DNA from: Candidatus Magasanikiibacteriota bacterium | GTDB lineage: Bacteria; Patescibacteriota; Patescibacteriia; Magasanikbacterales; GWA2-37-8 | NCBI GenBank assembly: GCA_041678665.1 | Contig: JBAYNU010000005.1 | Span: 1 to 63,560, forward strand | Length of the DNA stretch: 63,560 nucleotides | Direction of reading: 5' to 3' | Shown: piece by piece, positions 27,957 through 37,771 of the stretch | How positions within the stretch are numbered: the stretch's first letter is position 1 | How the letters are laid out: every line of letters begins with the position of its first letter | The notes under the pieces: generated by a model | The model's input: only the letters and a program-made list of their open reading frames with translations | Told to the model about the DNA's origin: nothing | The model's database searches: none | Program-made: the position numbers and the translations under genes

Positions 27957-29268
27957 ACTTCTCCAAAAAATTAATAAACGCGGCTACCATATGATTAGCC
28001 ATTATTTCGGTAATACCGGGGTATACCCCAACCCAAAAAGTGTTATTCATAATTAAATCGGTATTTTTAAGATCTCCAACGATACGATATTTTATATCAC
28101 TATCCACAAAATACGGTTGCTTAATTAAATTACCGCCAAATAAATAACGAGTGGCGATCTGCTCACCTTGTAAAAATTTAATAATTTCATTACGAGTAAA
28201 TGGAGCGTCTTCTCTTATGGTTAGCAGGAACCCAAACCAACTCGGCTCGGCTTGATCCAACCACTTCGGTAAAATAAAATATTGCTCATATTTTTTTAAT
28301 CCATCATATAAAATTTTAAAATTCTCACGACGTTTATCTACAAAACCATCCAACTTGTCTAATTGAGCCAGTCCAATAGCGGCTTGAATGTCGGTAACTT
28401 TAAGATTATATCCGATTTCTGAATAAATATACTTATGATCATAACCAAACGGCAACTTGCCTAATTGCCAGCCAAACCGCATACCACAAGTATCATCGTG
28501 GCCAGTCTTACACCGACAATCACGCCCCCAATCGCGCATAGCACGCACTATAACGGACAAAACATCATCGTTAGTAAATACTGCCCCGCCCTCTCCCATA
28601 GTAATATGATGAGCGGGATAAAAACTACAAGTTGCAATATGTCCGTAAGTCCCAGTATGTTTACCGGCATATCTAGAACCAAGGGCGTCGCAATTATCCT
28701 CTATAAACCACAAATTATGCTCTTTACAAATTTGATCCACCGCGGAAATATCAAAAGGATTCCCCAAAGTATGAGCCACAAAAATTGCTTTGGTTTTAGA
28801 AGAAAGTGCCATTTTAATCTGATCAATCAATATATTATAACTACCGACCTCAACATCAACAAATACAGGAACAAATCCGTTTTGAATGATAGGGTTTACT
28901 GTACTAGGAAAACCAGCAGCCACTGTAATCACTTCGTCGCCCGGTTTCATCCTATGATCACCTAATTTATTAGAAGTTAAAGCCGACATTGCTAATAAAT
29001 TTGCTGATGAACCAGAATTAACCAAAATCACATTCTTAACCCCCAACCAATGACTTAATTTTTGTTCAAACAAATCACTAAACCGCCCTTCAGTCCACCA
29101 ACCATCTAAAACTGCTTCTACTCCATTGATTATTTCCTGTTCATCAAAAATCTTTCCAGATACTGGAATGGATGACTCACCTGCAATAAATTGCTTAAAC
29201 GGAAATTTAGTTTGGTAATACGCAATAATCTCATTTTTTAAATTATCGTTCATATAAGTATTAAACAA
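27949..29268 (-). CDS. rfbH: PLP/PMP-dependent CDP-4-keto-6-deoxyglucose 3-dehydrase (DegT/RfbH family)
   Basis: 439 aa. The N-terminus IPVSGKIFDEQEIINGVEAVLDGWWTEGRF is typical of RfbH/DdhC. Confidence 0.8.
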   Translation of the reverse strand: MFNTYMNDNLKNEIIAYYQTKFPFKQFIAGESSIPVSGKIFDEQEIINGVEAVLDGWWTEGRFSDLFEQKLSHWLGVKNVILVNSGSSANLLAMSALTSNKLGDHRMKPGDEVITVAAGFPSTVNPIIQNGFVPVFVDVEVGSYNILIDQIKMALSSKTKAIFVAHTLGNPFDISAVDQICKEHNLWFIEDNCDALGSRYAGKHTGTYGHIATCSFYPAHHITMGEGGAVFTNDDVLSVIVRAMRDWGRDCRCKTGHDDTCGMRFGWQLGKLPFGYDHKYIYSEIGYNLKVTDIQAAIGLAQLDKLDGFVDKRRENFKILYDGLKKYEQYFILPKWLDQAEPSWFGFLLTIREDAPFTRNEIIKFLQGEQIATRYLFGGNLIKQPYFVDSDIKYRIVGDLKNTDLIMNNTFWVGVYPGITEIMANHMVAAFINFLEKYD

Positions 29269-29272
29269 AGAT

Positions 29273-29740
29273 TTATGTTAAAAATTTTACCGATCTTTCC
29301 CACAACTCCTTATGCGCTTCGATAATATTCTTGGGCATTTTTTTAAAAAATTTTCCATGAATCGGCTTCATCATTGTCTTACACATAAAAACTAGCGAAA
29401 TCACATGACCACGCTTTCCTTGGCTGCAATCTTCGGCATACAAAAATTTATGGCTAACTAGATTGATACCGAGTTCGTCCCAGGCCACCTTATCTAATCG
29501 CTCCTCAAATCTCTCGCGAAAACGCAAAAGTCCGCCCGGGAAATGCCAACCATGCCACCACTTATCCTGTCGCCATTCCATCAAAATCTCATTTTTTTCA
29601 CTTACGACAACCAATTCACACGCCACAAACGGAACCACACCACACAATGCATCAAAAACCGATTGTGGTAGGCCCTCGTGTGGCTTGTCTATCTTCTTGA
29701 GTAAAGACACTAGCTGTTTTAATTCTTTTTTGTTAAGCAT
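29273..29740 (-). CDS. Nudix hydrolase with a degenerate Nudix box (GDP-mannose mannosyl hydrolase-like)
   Basis: GGLLRFRERFEERLDKVAWDELGI. The box lacks the canonical REUxEE, as in Gmm/WcaH-type enzymes. Confidence 0.65.
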   Translation of the reverse strand: MLNKKELKQLVSLLKKIDKPHEGLPQSVFDALCGVVPFVACELVVVSEKNEILMEWRQDKWWHGWHFPGGLLRFRERFEERLDKVAWDELGINLVSHKFLYAEDCSQGKRGHVISLVFMCKTMMKPIHGKFFKKMPKNIIEAHKELWERSVKFLT

Positions 29741-29745
29741 ACTAA

Positions 29746-31428
29746 TTAAACATTAATATCTCTTAATTTGCCCGCGGTCCACCTCTCCAACAAATGCTGG
29801 TCGGGATCAAGCATTAGTTCGCAAACAATCGGGCCGGGGCAATCAACCACTTTTTTAATTTTATATAACTCGCCGTCATTATTTATTTTTTCATACGCCA
29901 ACCCCCAAGCCGCAATCAACCGGCTATAATCCGGCAAACTTACTCCAGATGCAGGATCAGCGGCAAAATTTTTATTAAAAAATTTCAATTGAGTATTGCG
30001 AATAGAATAATAACCATTATTATTAAAAATAAAAATTTTAACGGGTAAATTATGGTAAAGTGCGGTCTGCAAATCCTGAATGTTCAACATTAGCGACCCG
30101 TCACCTTCGCAACAAACAACCGGCTGTTTGCCTCTCGCCACACAAGCCCCGATTGCCAACGGTAAACCAGACCCCATATGCCCCAAGCCGGCGTTGGTTA
30201 TAAAACGTTGCCCACGCTTAATTTTAAGCCCCTGATGTGGCGCTAAACTGGCCATACCATTGGCGGTAGCCACATCCATATTACCTATATATTTCCCCAG
30301 CTCTTCCAAAAATTTATAAACATTGAGATACTGTTTGTCAACGGGGTAATTATCCGGATTGATGGATTCAGTTCTCACTTCCCAGCGATTTAATTTAATA
30401 TTTTGTTGGTAAAGTTCTTCTAAAAATAATTTGGCGTCAACATGAATAGGTATATCAATATGGATAGTCTTTTTTGACATTTCGTTGGCATCTATATCAA
30501 CCATTATTTTTTTAGCCTGTACAGCAAATTTATTATAATCAAACGATGTTTGGGTTAGTTGCAGCCTTTCCCCTACCACTAATAATACATCACAATTATC
30601 AATCGCATAATTAGCGGTTTTATTACCCGGCATACCCTGCCTGCCTAAATAATACGGATAATCAACTGTTACTAAGTCATCAGCGGTAAAAATAGGAGTA
30701 ACGCTGTTAATTTTGAACTTTGCTAATACTTTCCACAAAATCTTTTCTCCTCCAGCCAGACGAATACCATTGCCGGCCATTAAAAGTGGGCGCTTGGCTT
30801 CTTGTAATAGCTCTACCACCTTTTTCATCAACTCGCCTCCTACTAATAACTGTTTTTCTGACAATTCCGCTGGATCAAAAATTTTTAATTTCTCTAGGTC
30901 AATTTCTTCCGCCTGAACATCCAAAGGGATTTCAACAAAAACCGGCCCCGGTCGTCCGTGAGTCGCTAAATACAAAGCTTTCTCCAAATGGTAACTAATC
31001 TCTTCTGGTTTATCCACAGTAATGGCATATTTAGTAATTGGCTTAACAATATCTATTACATTTAATTCCTGAAAGCCTATTTGCCGCACCGTAGGCAGAC
31101 CATTTACCTGCGGAACAATATTATCTCTTTTGACCTGCCCGGCTACAACTAGCATTGGTATGCTATCTAGCCATGCGCCCGCTATACCAGTAACTGCGTT
31201 GGTTCCACCCGGTCCGGTAGTAACTAAACACACCCCGATACTGTTGGTATTGATGCGTGAATACCCCTCGGCCGCAATCGCCACCGTTTGTTCGTGATGA
31301 CAACAATAAGTCTGCAATTTTGATCGACCCACCGAATCTACTAGATGCATAATACCGCCACCAGACAGCAAAAAAATAGAATCAGTATGCCATTCAATAA
31401 ATTTTACTACATAATCACTTAATTTCAT
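29746..31428 (-). CDS. Thiamine-diphosphate enzyme of the acetolactate-synthase large-subunit family
   Basis: 560 aa. N-terminal Pyr domain SGGGIMHL. ThDP motif GLGHMGSGLP...GDGSLMLN..NN. Confidence 0.85.
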   Translation of the reverse strand: MKLSDYVVKFIEWHTDSIFLLSGGGIMHLVDSVGRSKLQTYCCHHEQTVAIAAEGYSRINTNSIGVCLVTTGPGGTNAVTGIAGAWLDSIPMLVVAGQVKRDNIVPQVNGLPTVRQIGFQELNVIDIVKPITKYAITVDKPEEISYHLEKALYLATHGRPGPVFVEIPLDVQAEEIDLEKLKIFDPAELSEKQLLVGGELMKKVVELLQEAKRPLLMAGNGIRLAGGEKILWKVLAKFKINSVTPIFTADDLVTVDYPYYLGRQGMPGNKTANYAIDNCDVLLVVGERLQLTQTSFDYNKFAVQAKKIMVDIDANEMSKKTIHIDIPIHVDAKLFLEELYQQNIKLNRWEVRTESINPDNYPVDKQYLNVYKFLEELGKYIGNMDVATANGMASLAPHQGLKIKRGQRFITNAGLGHMGSGLPLAIGACVARGKQPVVCCEGDGSLMLNIQDLQTALYHNLPVKIFIFNNNGYYSIRNTQLKFFNKNFAADPASGVSLPDYSRLIAAWGLAYEKINNDGELYKIKKVVDCPGPIVCELMLDPDQHLLERWTAGKLRDINV

Positions 31429-31439
31429 AGTTGTAAAAA

Positions 31440-32063
31440 TTATTTTTTTAGATCTTCCAATAATTTACCGGCCACACCTACATAACTCGGCTCGGTGGTA
31501 TCAATTCGTTGCACGGTGGAAAAATCAATCTCTTTAAACATATTTTTTGCCCACTGAAATTTTTCCATAGAATTTATATTTGACTGGGTATGTTCGCGCT
31601 TGCGCTGTTCAATCCTATTTTCAATCTCATCGTCTGGGGCAGTCAATAAAAACGACCGTGTAGGTATTGTGCCGCTTTCCATGCTATCAAACAAAACTTT
31701 TAATGGTTTTTTGAATTCGTCGCGAGAAAATGTCCCGGTCAAAATAACCGGCATGCCTTTTGACACCATTTCCTTCGCCGTTTCACAAATCGCGCTATAG
31801 GACTTGATCATTACCTCTAATTCATCCTTTGCCTTAAGAGATGCCATATCAGCACTACGACCATCCTCCTTTTCAATTTTTCTTCTAAACTCATCAACAT
31901 CGAGTACTTGCAAATTTGACTTCTTGGCCAACTCATACGCCAAAGTTGTCTTACCGGTTAGTGGTGGTCCGGTAAAAACAATAATACACGGTTTATATTC
32001 TATTTTATAGCCGGCTTCCATCGCCTCAATTTTACTCCCGTCTTCAATAGACATAAAGCTCAA
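31440..32063 (-). CDS. P-loop kinase-like protein
   Basis: Walker A GPPLTGKTT. 207 aa. ATGA-type overlap with the upstream HAD gene. Confidence 0.55.
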   Translation of the reverse strand: MSFMSIEDGSKIEAMEAGYKIEYKPCIIVFTGPPLTGKTTLAYELAKKSNLQVLDVDEFRRKIEKEDGRSADMASLKAKDELEVMIKSYSAICETAKEMVSKGMPVILTGTFSRDEFKKPLKVLFDSMESGTIPTRSFLLTAPDDEIENRIEQRKREHTQSNINSMEKFQWAKNMFKEIDFSTVQRIDTTEPSYVGVAGKLLEDLKK

Positions 32064-32998
32064 CTTAATAAATAATTAATAGCGACATAAACATTACTTA
32101 CTGGGGACATATCTTGATTGCACAAAATATATGGGCTACCCGACAATTCATTCTCTTGATTAACAAAATTTTGATCGTTGGTAAAACTATAAGGAAAACT
32201 TAATAGGCCGGCATCATTCCCATTTGGCATATCTCCAAAGGTGGCTACCTGATTTAATTCCAAATTTAATGTTTTAAGTATGGTTTTTATCGCCACCATT
32301 TTACTATCCTCGTGGAGGGCTTTAGTAATGTGCGCAAAATGCGTATCACCGGCGGAGACTTGATAGCTTTTGCCCAAACCAACGCGCACGGCAGTAATTA
32401 TCTCTTGATGCACTGATTGGTCGGCGGGTAAAACAAAAGTAAATTTAGCTTCTTCGGTAAAAATTTGGCCACCAAATGGCAGACACAACTGATAAATATC
32501 CTTGGGAATCAATCCTTCCCAATCATCTTTTAAAAATTTACGGAAAGTATCTAAACCTTTTTCCGACAATAGTCCGGTATTAATATTAAATTGGTCATAG
32601 ACTTTTTGCCACACATCAATGGCATGGCTGATTTTGTCAACCGTTAATCCGTGACTATAAATTTTTTTTAATTCATTGTTCTTAAATTCATACAAGATGA
32701 TACCATTGCCGCCGCCTATATATATAGGAGTACTGATCTTATTTTTAATAAAAAACTCTTCCAATGGAGGAATAAAAGTTTTTATAGCGGTAGCGGCGCG
32801 AGCGGTAACAAAGGCTACAGATTTGCCTTTTAACAAAATTTGTCCTATTAATGCTACTGCGTCTTTAATTGTATAATCTTTACCATCCGCAATGGTGCCA
32901 TCATAATCCAAACCAAATAATTTAATTAATGGCTTGGCCTCAACCAACTTGCTGTCGCTTATTTGTTTACGATGCAATAATAAACCTTCTTCAGTCAT
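32060..32998 (-). CDS. HAD-superfamily (IIB/Cof-like) phosphatase
   Basis: Motif I GLDYDGTIA, distal FGDMPNGND. Confidence 0.65.
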   Translation of the reverse strand: MTEEGLLLHRKQISDSKLVEAKPLIKLFGLDYDGTIADGKDYTIKDAVALIGQILLKGKSVAFVTARAATAIKTFIPPLEEFFIKNKISTPIYIGGGNGIILYEFKNNELKKIYSHGLTVDKISHAIDVWQKVYDQFNINTGLLSEKGLDTFRKFLKDDWEGLIPKDIYQLCLPFGGQIFTEEAKFTFVLPADQSVHQEIITAVRVGLGKSYQVSAGDTHFAHITKALHEDSKMVAIKTILKTLNLELNQVATFGDMPNGNDAGLLSFPYSFTNDQNFVNQENELSGSPYILCNQDMSPVSNVYVAINYLLS

Positions 32999-33002
32999 AA
33001 TA

Positions 33003-34538
33003 TTATATCACCCAGTAAGTAAGTATGGTTTTACGATTCGGATTGTTAATAATGTCCTGATCTTCATAAAAAGAATCGTTTTTGTAATGCGTGGTGGAAA
33101 TTTCTTCAAAAACGCAACCGCCGTTAGATTCAAAATCGTGATTACAACCCCTTTCAATAGTAAGTATATCCCCTGGCCCACAAGTCTGTTTGTTGCTGCC
33201 AACACCAAAAGTGACGTCACCCCAAAGAACATGAAAAGTTTCTTCTTTTAATTTGTGAGTATGGGTAGGATGTTTTTGACCCGGCAACATAACAATCAAT
33301 TTTTTACAGTATTCACGATTAAAGCAACTTACGATACTAGCTCCGATATCATGAAATTTATCTAATCCGTAATGATGAGAAAGTTCAAAATCCCACTTGT
33401 TAGAAATTGGAACACCGGCTTTCTTTAAAATTTCGTTAACCTTTTTAAGAACCTCGTATACCTTTTCTCTTACCTCTAATATACTCAATTCGGACGCCAT
33501 GATGGGATCATTTTTCTTAAAATCCTTTTGAGCGGTCAAAACCGTATATTTTGACATATCATTAGCCAGTATCTGACCATCTTTATTGGGGAAAGCAAAA
33601 AAAGTATTGGTAACATCAATTCTCTCCCCCGCTTTTATATCTCTACCCGCGAATACTCCTCTTTGAAATTGTCTAATATCTGCCGACTCGGCCGAATTAA
33701 ATTCATGGCGCCTACCGACAACTCCACAAATTTTATAAGCTTGTCGAGCTGCCTCCAGCCAATTTCGTAATTGGTCGGGGGTAGCGGAGTAGGCATTAAT
33801 CGGATATTGCTCTGTTTTAATACTTACGTGTTTTTCTAAAATACCAGCCCCTTTGGCTACGGCCAATTTAACTGCCTCGAAATTATCCGGACGCTCATGA
33901 GTAGAGAATCCAATGGTTATCTCGGGGTACCGATCGCGTAATAACGTAATTTGATTAAATTGTAGCTGGCCATCTTCTGTGGGATATTGGCCGACACAAT
34001 GCATAACAGCGAACTGTTTGTTGCGATGACTAAAAAAATTAACCACTTTGTCGATATTCTCTATCTTCACCCCTCCGGTAGACGCGATGATAGGCTTGTC
34101 GCAAGAAACTATTTTCTCCAAGAGCGGCCAATCAGTAAAAGAAGCGCTGGCAATTTTTATAATATCGTAGTTGTGCTTAACAATTTTTTCCACTGATGCT
34201 TCGTCGAACGGGGTACAAATAGAAATAAAACCCAATTTCTCTACTTCATTTTTTAAAGTTAAAAACTCTTCTTCTTTTAATCGAGTTTCGGAAAAACGCT
34301 TTATGTATTTAAGATCCATTCGATCTTTATAATCAGGGTGGATAAAAGTATCTAGATCCCGATATTGAAACTTAAAAGCAAAATTAAAATCAAAATCCTT
34401 ACTAACGGAATGGACATCGCGAATAATTTTAAGCCCATGATTCACATCGCCCATGTGGTTATTGGCCATTTCAAAAATAAAAAGCGGCTTAGCGTCGCCA
34501 GCTTGGCGTTGACTAAAAATTTGGCTGATATTTTTCAT
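33003..34538 (-). CDS. NeuB-family (sialic/nonulosonic acid synthase-like) enzyme with a SAF domain and a C-terminal cupin domain
   Basis: FEMANNHMGD, TPFDEASV, IASTGG and GFSTHE align with NeuB landmarks. SAF-like IKAGERI. C-terminal HTHKLKEETFHVLWGD..GD.. cupin signature. Confidence 0.78.
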   Translation of the reverse strand: MKNISQIFSQRQAGDAKPLFIFEMANNHMGDVNHGLKIIRDVHSVSKDFDFNFAFKFQYRDLDTFIHPDYKDRMDLKYIKRFSETRLKEEEFLTLKNEVEKLGFISICTPFDEASVEKIVKHNYDIIKIASASFTDWPLLEKIVSCDKPIIASTGGVKIENIDKVVNFFSHRNKQFAVMHCVGQYPTEDGQLQFNQITLLRDRYPEITIGFSTHERPDNFEAVKLAVAKGAGILEKHVSIKTEQYPINAYSATPDQLRNWLEAARQAYKICGVVGRRHEFNSAESADIRQFQRGVFAGRDIKAGERIDVTNTFFAFPNKDGQILANDMSKYTVLTAQKDFKKNDPIMASELSILEVREKVYEVLKKVNEILKKAGVPISNKWDFELSHHYGLDKFHDIGASIVSCFNREYCKKLIVMLPGQKHPTHTHKLKEETFHVLWGDVTFGVGSNKQTCGPGDILTIERGCNHDFESNGGCVFEEISTTHYKNDSFYEDQDIINNPNRKTILTYWVI

Positions 34539-34549
34539 ATTAATAAAAA

Positions 34550-35599
34550 CTATTTTAAAAAACTCTGAATTGTTCTATAAAAACCGTCGCGTACGCTCAA
34601 CTTGCACCGATAACCCAGCTCTTCAATTTTGGCGGTTGATAACATCGGGCGGATATTATTTTTATTCTCGAGATAATTATCGTCTTGCCCGCGACCCTCA
34701 TAAATAACTTTCAATTTTTTTTCTGGAAACAAAGAGATCAGCAACTCAGCCAAATTACCGACAGACATCTGACCGGCACTATTACCCACATGATAACTTT
34801 CGCCGGATTTACCTTTCAATAATGCCCTAAAGAAGCCATCGGTGGCATCGCTAATATAGCAAAAAGTCCGAACCGGCCGGCCATCGCTTTTTACTTTGAT
34901 ATCTCGATTGTTCACTACATCCGAAACAAATTCAGAGAACACTCTCTTGTCATTATTCAAATCAAGAGTGGGGCCATAGGTATGCTCGGGTCTGACCACT
35001 ATTGTCGGCACTTGATATTGATGATGCCAACACTTGCACATATTCTCGCCCATGCGCTTACTTTCACCATAACAATTTCTAATATCGGTGGGATCCAAAT
35101 AACCACCTTCGGATTCGGTTATCACTTTTTTATCGGCCGTGCCGCTAACTTCTCCGCTGCTAAAAAATAAAAAACCATTGGACTGCTTCTCTCTGGCTAG
35201 CTCCAATAAATTCCTGGTGCCAAAAACATTGGGCAAGATTACCCCCACCGGATCAATGCCATAAAATTGGGGACTAGCTGGACTGGCGGCATGAATAATA
35301 TAGTGAATGTCTTCCGAAATGTTAATTTTGTTGAGAATATTCTCGTCGGAAATTTGCAGTAGAGGTGAATTTAAAAAATCACTAAATCTCGCCCGAGCTT
35401 TGTCAAGATTACGACAGAGGGCAATGATTTTTATATTTAAATGCGGATTTTTTTCGTTTAGATAAGCCAGGGTATACACCATGTAAGACGCCAACATACC
35501 ATTGGCTCCGGAAATCAAAACAGTGCGGTCTTTAAACCTTTCCCAGTCTAAATCGCTATTGCAAATTGATTCTAAATCATCTCTAATGATTTCGTTCAT
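34550..35599 (-). CDS. SDR nucleotide-sugar epimerase/dehydratase
   Basis: ISGANGMLASYM, YGESKRMGE. Start set to MNEIIRDD (35599), giving a 4-nt overlap with the upstream gene. Confidence 0.75.
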   Translation of the reverse strand: MNEIIRDDLESICNSDLDWERFKDRTVLISGANGMLASYMVYTLAYLNEKNPHLNIKIIALCRNLDKARARFSDFLNSPLLQISDENILNKINISEDIHYIIHAASPASPQFYGIDPVGVILPNVFGTRNLLELAREKQSNGFLFFSSGEVSGTADKKVITESEGGYLDPTDIRNCYGESKRMGENMCKCWHHQYQVPTIVVRPEHTYGPTLDLNNDKRVFSEFVSDVVNNRDIKVKSDGRPVRTFCYISDATDGFFRALLKGKSGESYHVGNSAGQMSVGNLAELLISLFPEKKLKVIYEGRGQDDNYLENKNNIRPMLSTAKIEELGYRCKLSVRDGFYRTIQSFLK

Positions 35600-36591
35600 A
35601 ATATTGATTTTCCAAAATCTAAATCTGGCGACTGATTGGCTTGATGAATACACTGACTAAGAATAAACCCCGACTCGTCCTTGATCGCATCCATGGAACT
35701 ATACACTGGCTTATAACCGAACTTAAATGATTTATTATTGCGGGAGTAATAATTATTTTTGACACCGGTGGGACTAGCGTGATTAGCGGCCCAACCGATC
35801 TCATATTTAAGTCCGTACTCTGACGCAAAATAATTTATTATTTCTCTCTTTTCCACTGGTTTGGAGCTACTCACGTCAAACGCACTATTGATCCTTTTGG
35901 CCGCGATACATTGACAAATCATGGAATAAAGGTCCTGGGGATGAATAAAATCACGAACAATATTTACATTATCAGTGATGAGTATTTTATTATTCAATAT
36001 TGAATTCATCACATCGGTAATAAAATAACTATCACCCATGCTGGAATAACGACTGAAATATGAAAATATCCTAAGATCTACAATATTCAAATGATTAAAC
36101 GAGCGGTGCTTGGTCTCGGAATTAAGTCTAGCGATGGTATAATATTCTTCGCTCTTAATATGGTTCACCGGGATGATATTCTTGGTATCTTCTTCCGCGG
36201 GAGCCAAGAATTCCCCGCCATATACGACTCCACTACTAAAACTAATGTAGATAGCATTGGGACAAATATTGCACAAATACTTTATGACCATATTGTCATA
36301 TTCTTCGGTAACCGTAAGATAAAGAGTGTAATCACCTTGTAGCTTATTCCTAGTCCCGACCCCGATGCAATTAATTATAACATCATACGGGTTGTTTCCA
36401 AATTCCTGGTATCCCACATTAATAGTACGCGGTTGGTTGGGACAATGTAAGGCGTCAAAAAAAATTTTCAATTTTTCCGGTGATCTGGTATAAAGATGCA
36501 ACTCCACCTTACTATCTAACAAAAAATTACTTATCAGTCCTCTGGCAATATTTGAAGTGGCACCTAAAATGGCAATTTTTAAATTCCCCAT
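35596..36591 (-). CDS. NAD(P)-binding Rossmann protein (atypical SDR)
   Basis: IAILGATSNIARGL. 331 aa. Confidence 0.55.
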   Translation of the reverse strand: MGNLKIAILGATSNIARGLISNFLLDSKVELHLYTRSPEKLKIFFDALHCPNQPRTINVGYQEFGNNPYDVIINCIGVGTRNKLQGDYTLYLTVTEEYDNMVIKYLCNICPNAIYISFSSGVVYGGEFLAPAEEDTKNIIPVNHIKSEEYYTIARLNSETKHRSFNHLNIVDLRIFSYFSRYSSMGDSYFITDVMNSILNNKILITDNVNIVRDFIHPQDLYSMICQCIAAKRINSAFDVSSSKPVEKREIINYFASEYGLKYEIGWAANHASPTGVKNNYYSRNNKSFKFGYKPVYSSMDAIKDESGFILSQCIHQANQSPDLDFGKSIL

Positions 36592-36600
36592 ATAATAGAC

Positions 36601-37761
36601 TCAATATATTTTTATTACTTCATTTTTTAATTTTAAAATTTCCGTAATCTGACGAGCAACCTCATCTTGATAAGAATAAGTTGAAATCAAAATTGGCACA
36701 TCTTCTTTGATATCTTGGGGTGATTTAATTTCCACTCCGTTTATTTTTTTACCCCAATATCTGGCGTTGGAATCAACAAAATACAATACTTTTGAGAGAT
36801 CCAACCCCGAACCGACCAACATCTGAGTGTGAGTGCCTACCCCCCAAATAATCATTTTGTTTTTATCTAATAATTTTTTACGAATCACGTCCTTCAGCTT
36901 CAGATCCAACTTAGAAGATAAAGAAATATAACTTTTCAGTTTTTCTTCACAAGTGTTGTCTTTAACCAATTTATAATCAATTTTTTCCGATTTCCTCGAC
37001 AAAACGAAGATGTCAGGATCGACCATTTGGTTTACAGTATTTTCATCTTTTTTAATCTCAATTATATTAAAAGCAAATTTTGATAATAAATTTTTAATAG
37101 AATCACATGAAAAATAGTTTACATGCTCGATACTAAACTGCTGGAAGGGAACAAAAATATAGCCATCAAACCTAGTAGCGTCCGGAATCTCAACAAATAA
37201 TAGTCCGTCGTCTTTTAATAATGTCCTTATTTTCCCCATGGCGGTAGTAAAATCTACCAAATGTTCCAAAACTGCCGACAAAATAATCAGATCAAACTTG
37301 TTTTTATCATTAAAATTATAAATATTTTTAGATACAGCTTCGATATTATATAGTTTCTTTACCGTTTCTACACATCTGGCTGATGGATCTACCCCCAAAA
37401 GATTGTTAAAACCATTTTCTTTAAATTTGGACAAAAGACACCCGGTCGAACAACCAATATCCAAAATTCTGGCGTTTTTATCCTTTAAATGAGGGGTTAA
37501 AAAATTAACAATTTTCTTAAAATAATTTTCGTAGTCGTCTGAAACCGCCCCACCACTATAATTAAATTCCCATTTTGACATCACCGCATAATAATTATTA
37601 AATTCGTCTTGAGATGGTATATTGTCAGCATAAGCCATGCCACAGCTATCACAAATCACCACATCATAATTCTCCATCAAAGCAATGGTTTTGTTGCCGA
37701 AGTTCTGTTGATAGAGAAACTTCTTATTGGCACCAGAACAAACTGGACATGCTCGATTCAT
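36601..37761 (-). CDS. Zn-ribbon + class I SAM methyltransferase, NDP-hexose C-methyltransferase-like (TylCIII-type architecture)
   Basis: CPVCSG...CDSCGM zinc ribbon, ILDIGCSTG motif I, and an extra C-terminal domain. Confidence 0.65.
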   Translation of the reverse strand: MNRACPVCSGANKKFLYQQNFGNKTIALMENYDVVICDSCGMAYADNIPSQDEFNNYYAVMSKWEFNYSGGAVSDDYENYFKKIVNFLTPHLKDKNARILDIGCSTGCLLSKFKENGFNNLLGVDPSARCVETVKKLYNIEAVSKNIYNFNDKNKFDLIILSAVLEHLVDFTTAMGKIRTLLKDDGLLFVEIPDATRFDGYIFVPFQQFSIEHVNYFSCDSIKNLLSKFAFNIIEIKKDENTVNQMVDPDIFVLSRKSEKIDYKLVKDNTCEEKLKSYISLSSKLDLKLKDVIRKKLLDKNKMIIWGVGTHTQMLVGSGLDLSKVLYFVDSNARYWGKKINGVEIKSPQDIKEDVPILISTYSYQDEVARQITEILKLKNEVIKIY

Positions 37762-37771
37762 ACGCGAAAAA

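Noticed and set aside
28465-28965. 166-aa ORF antisense to the rfbH-like gene (similar cases: 37865-38284, 5044-5542, 42700-43023, 26351-26843)
   Set aside because: All lie entirely inside well-supported genes with recognisable family motifs on the other strand. Their translations are low-complexity with no motifs.
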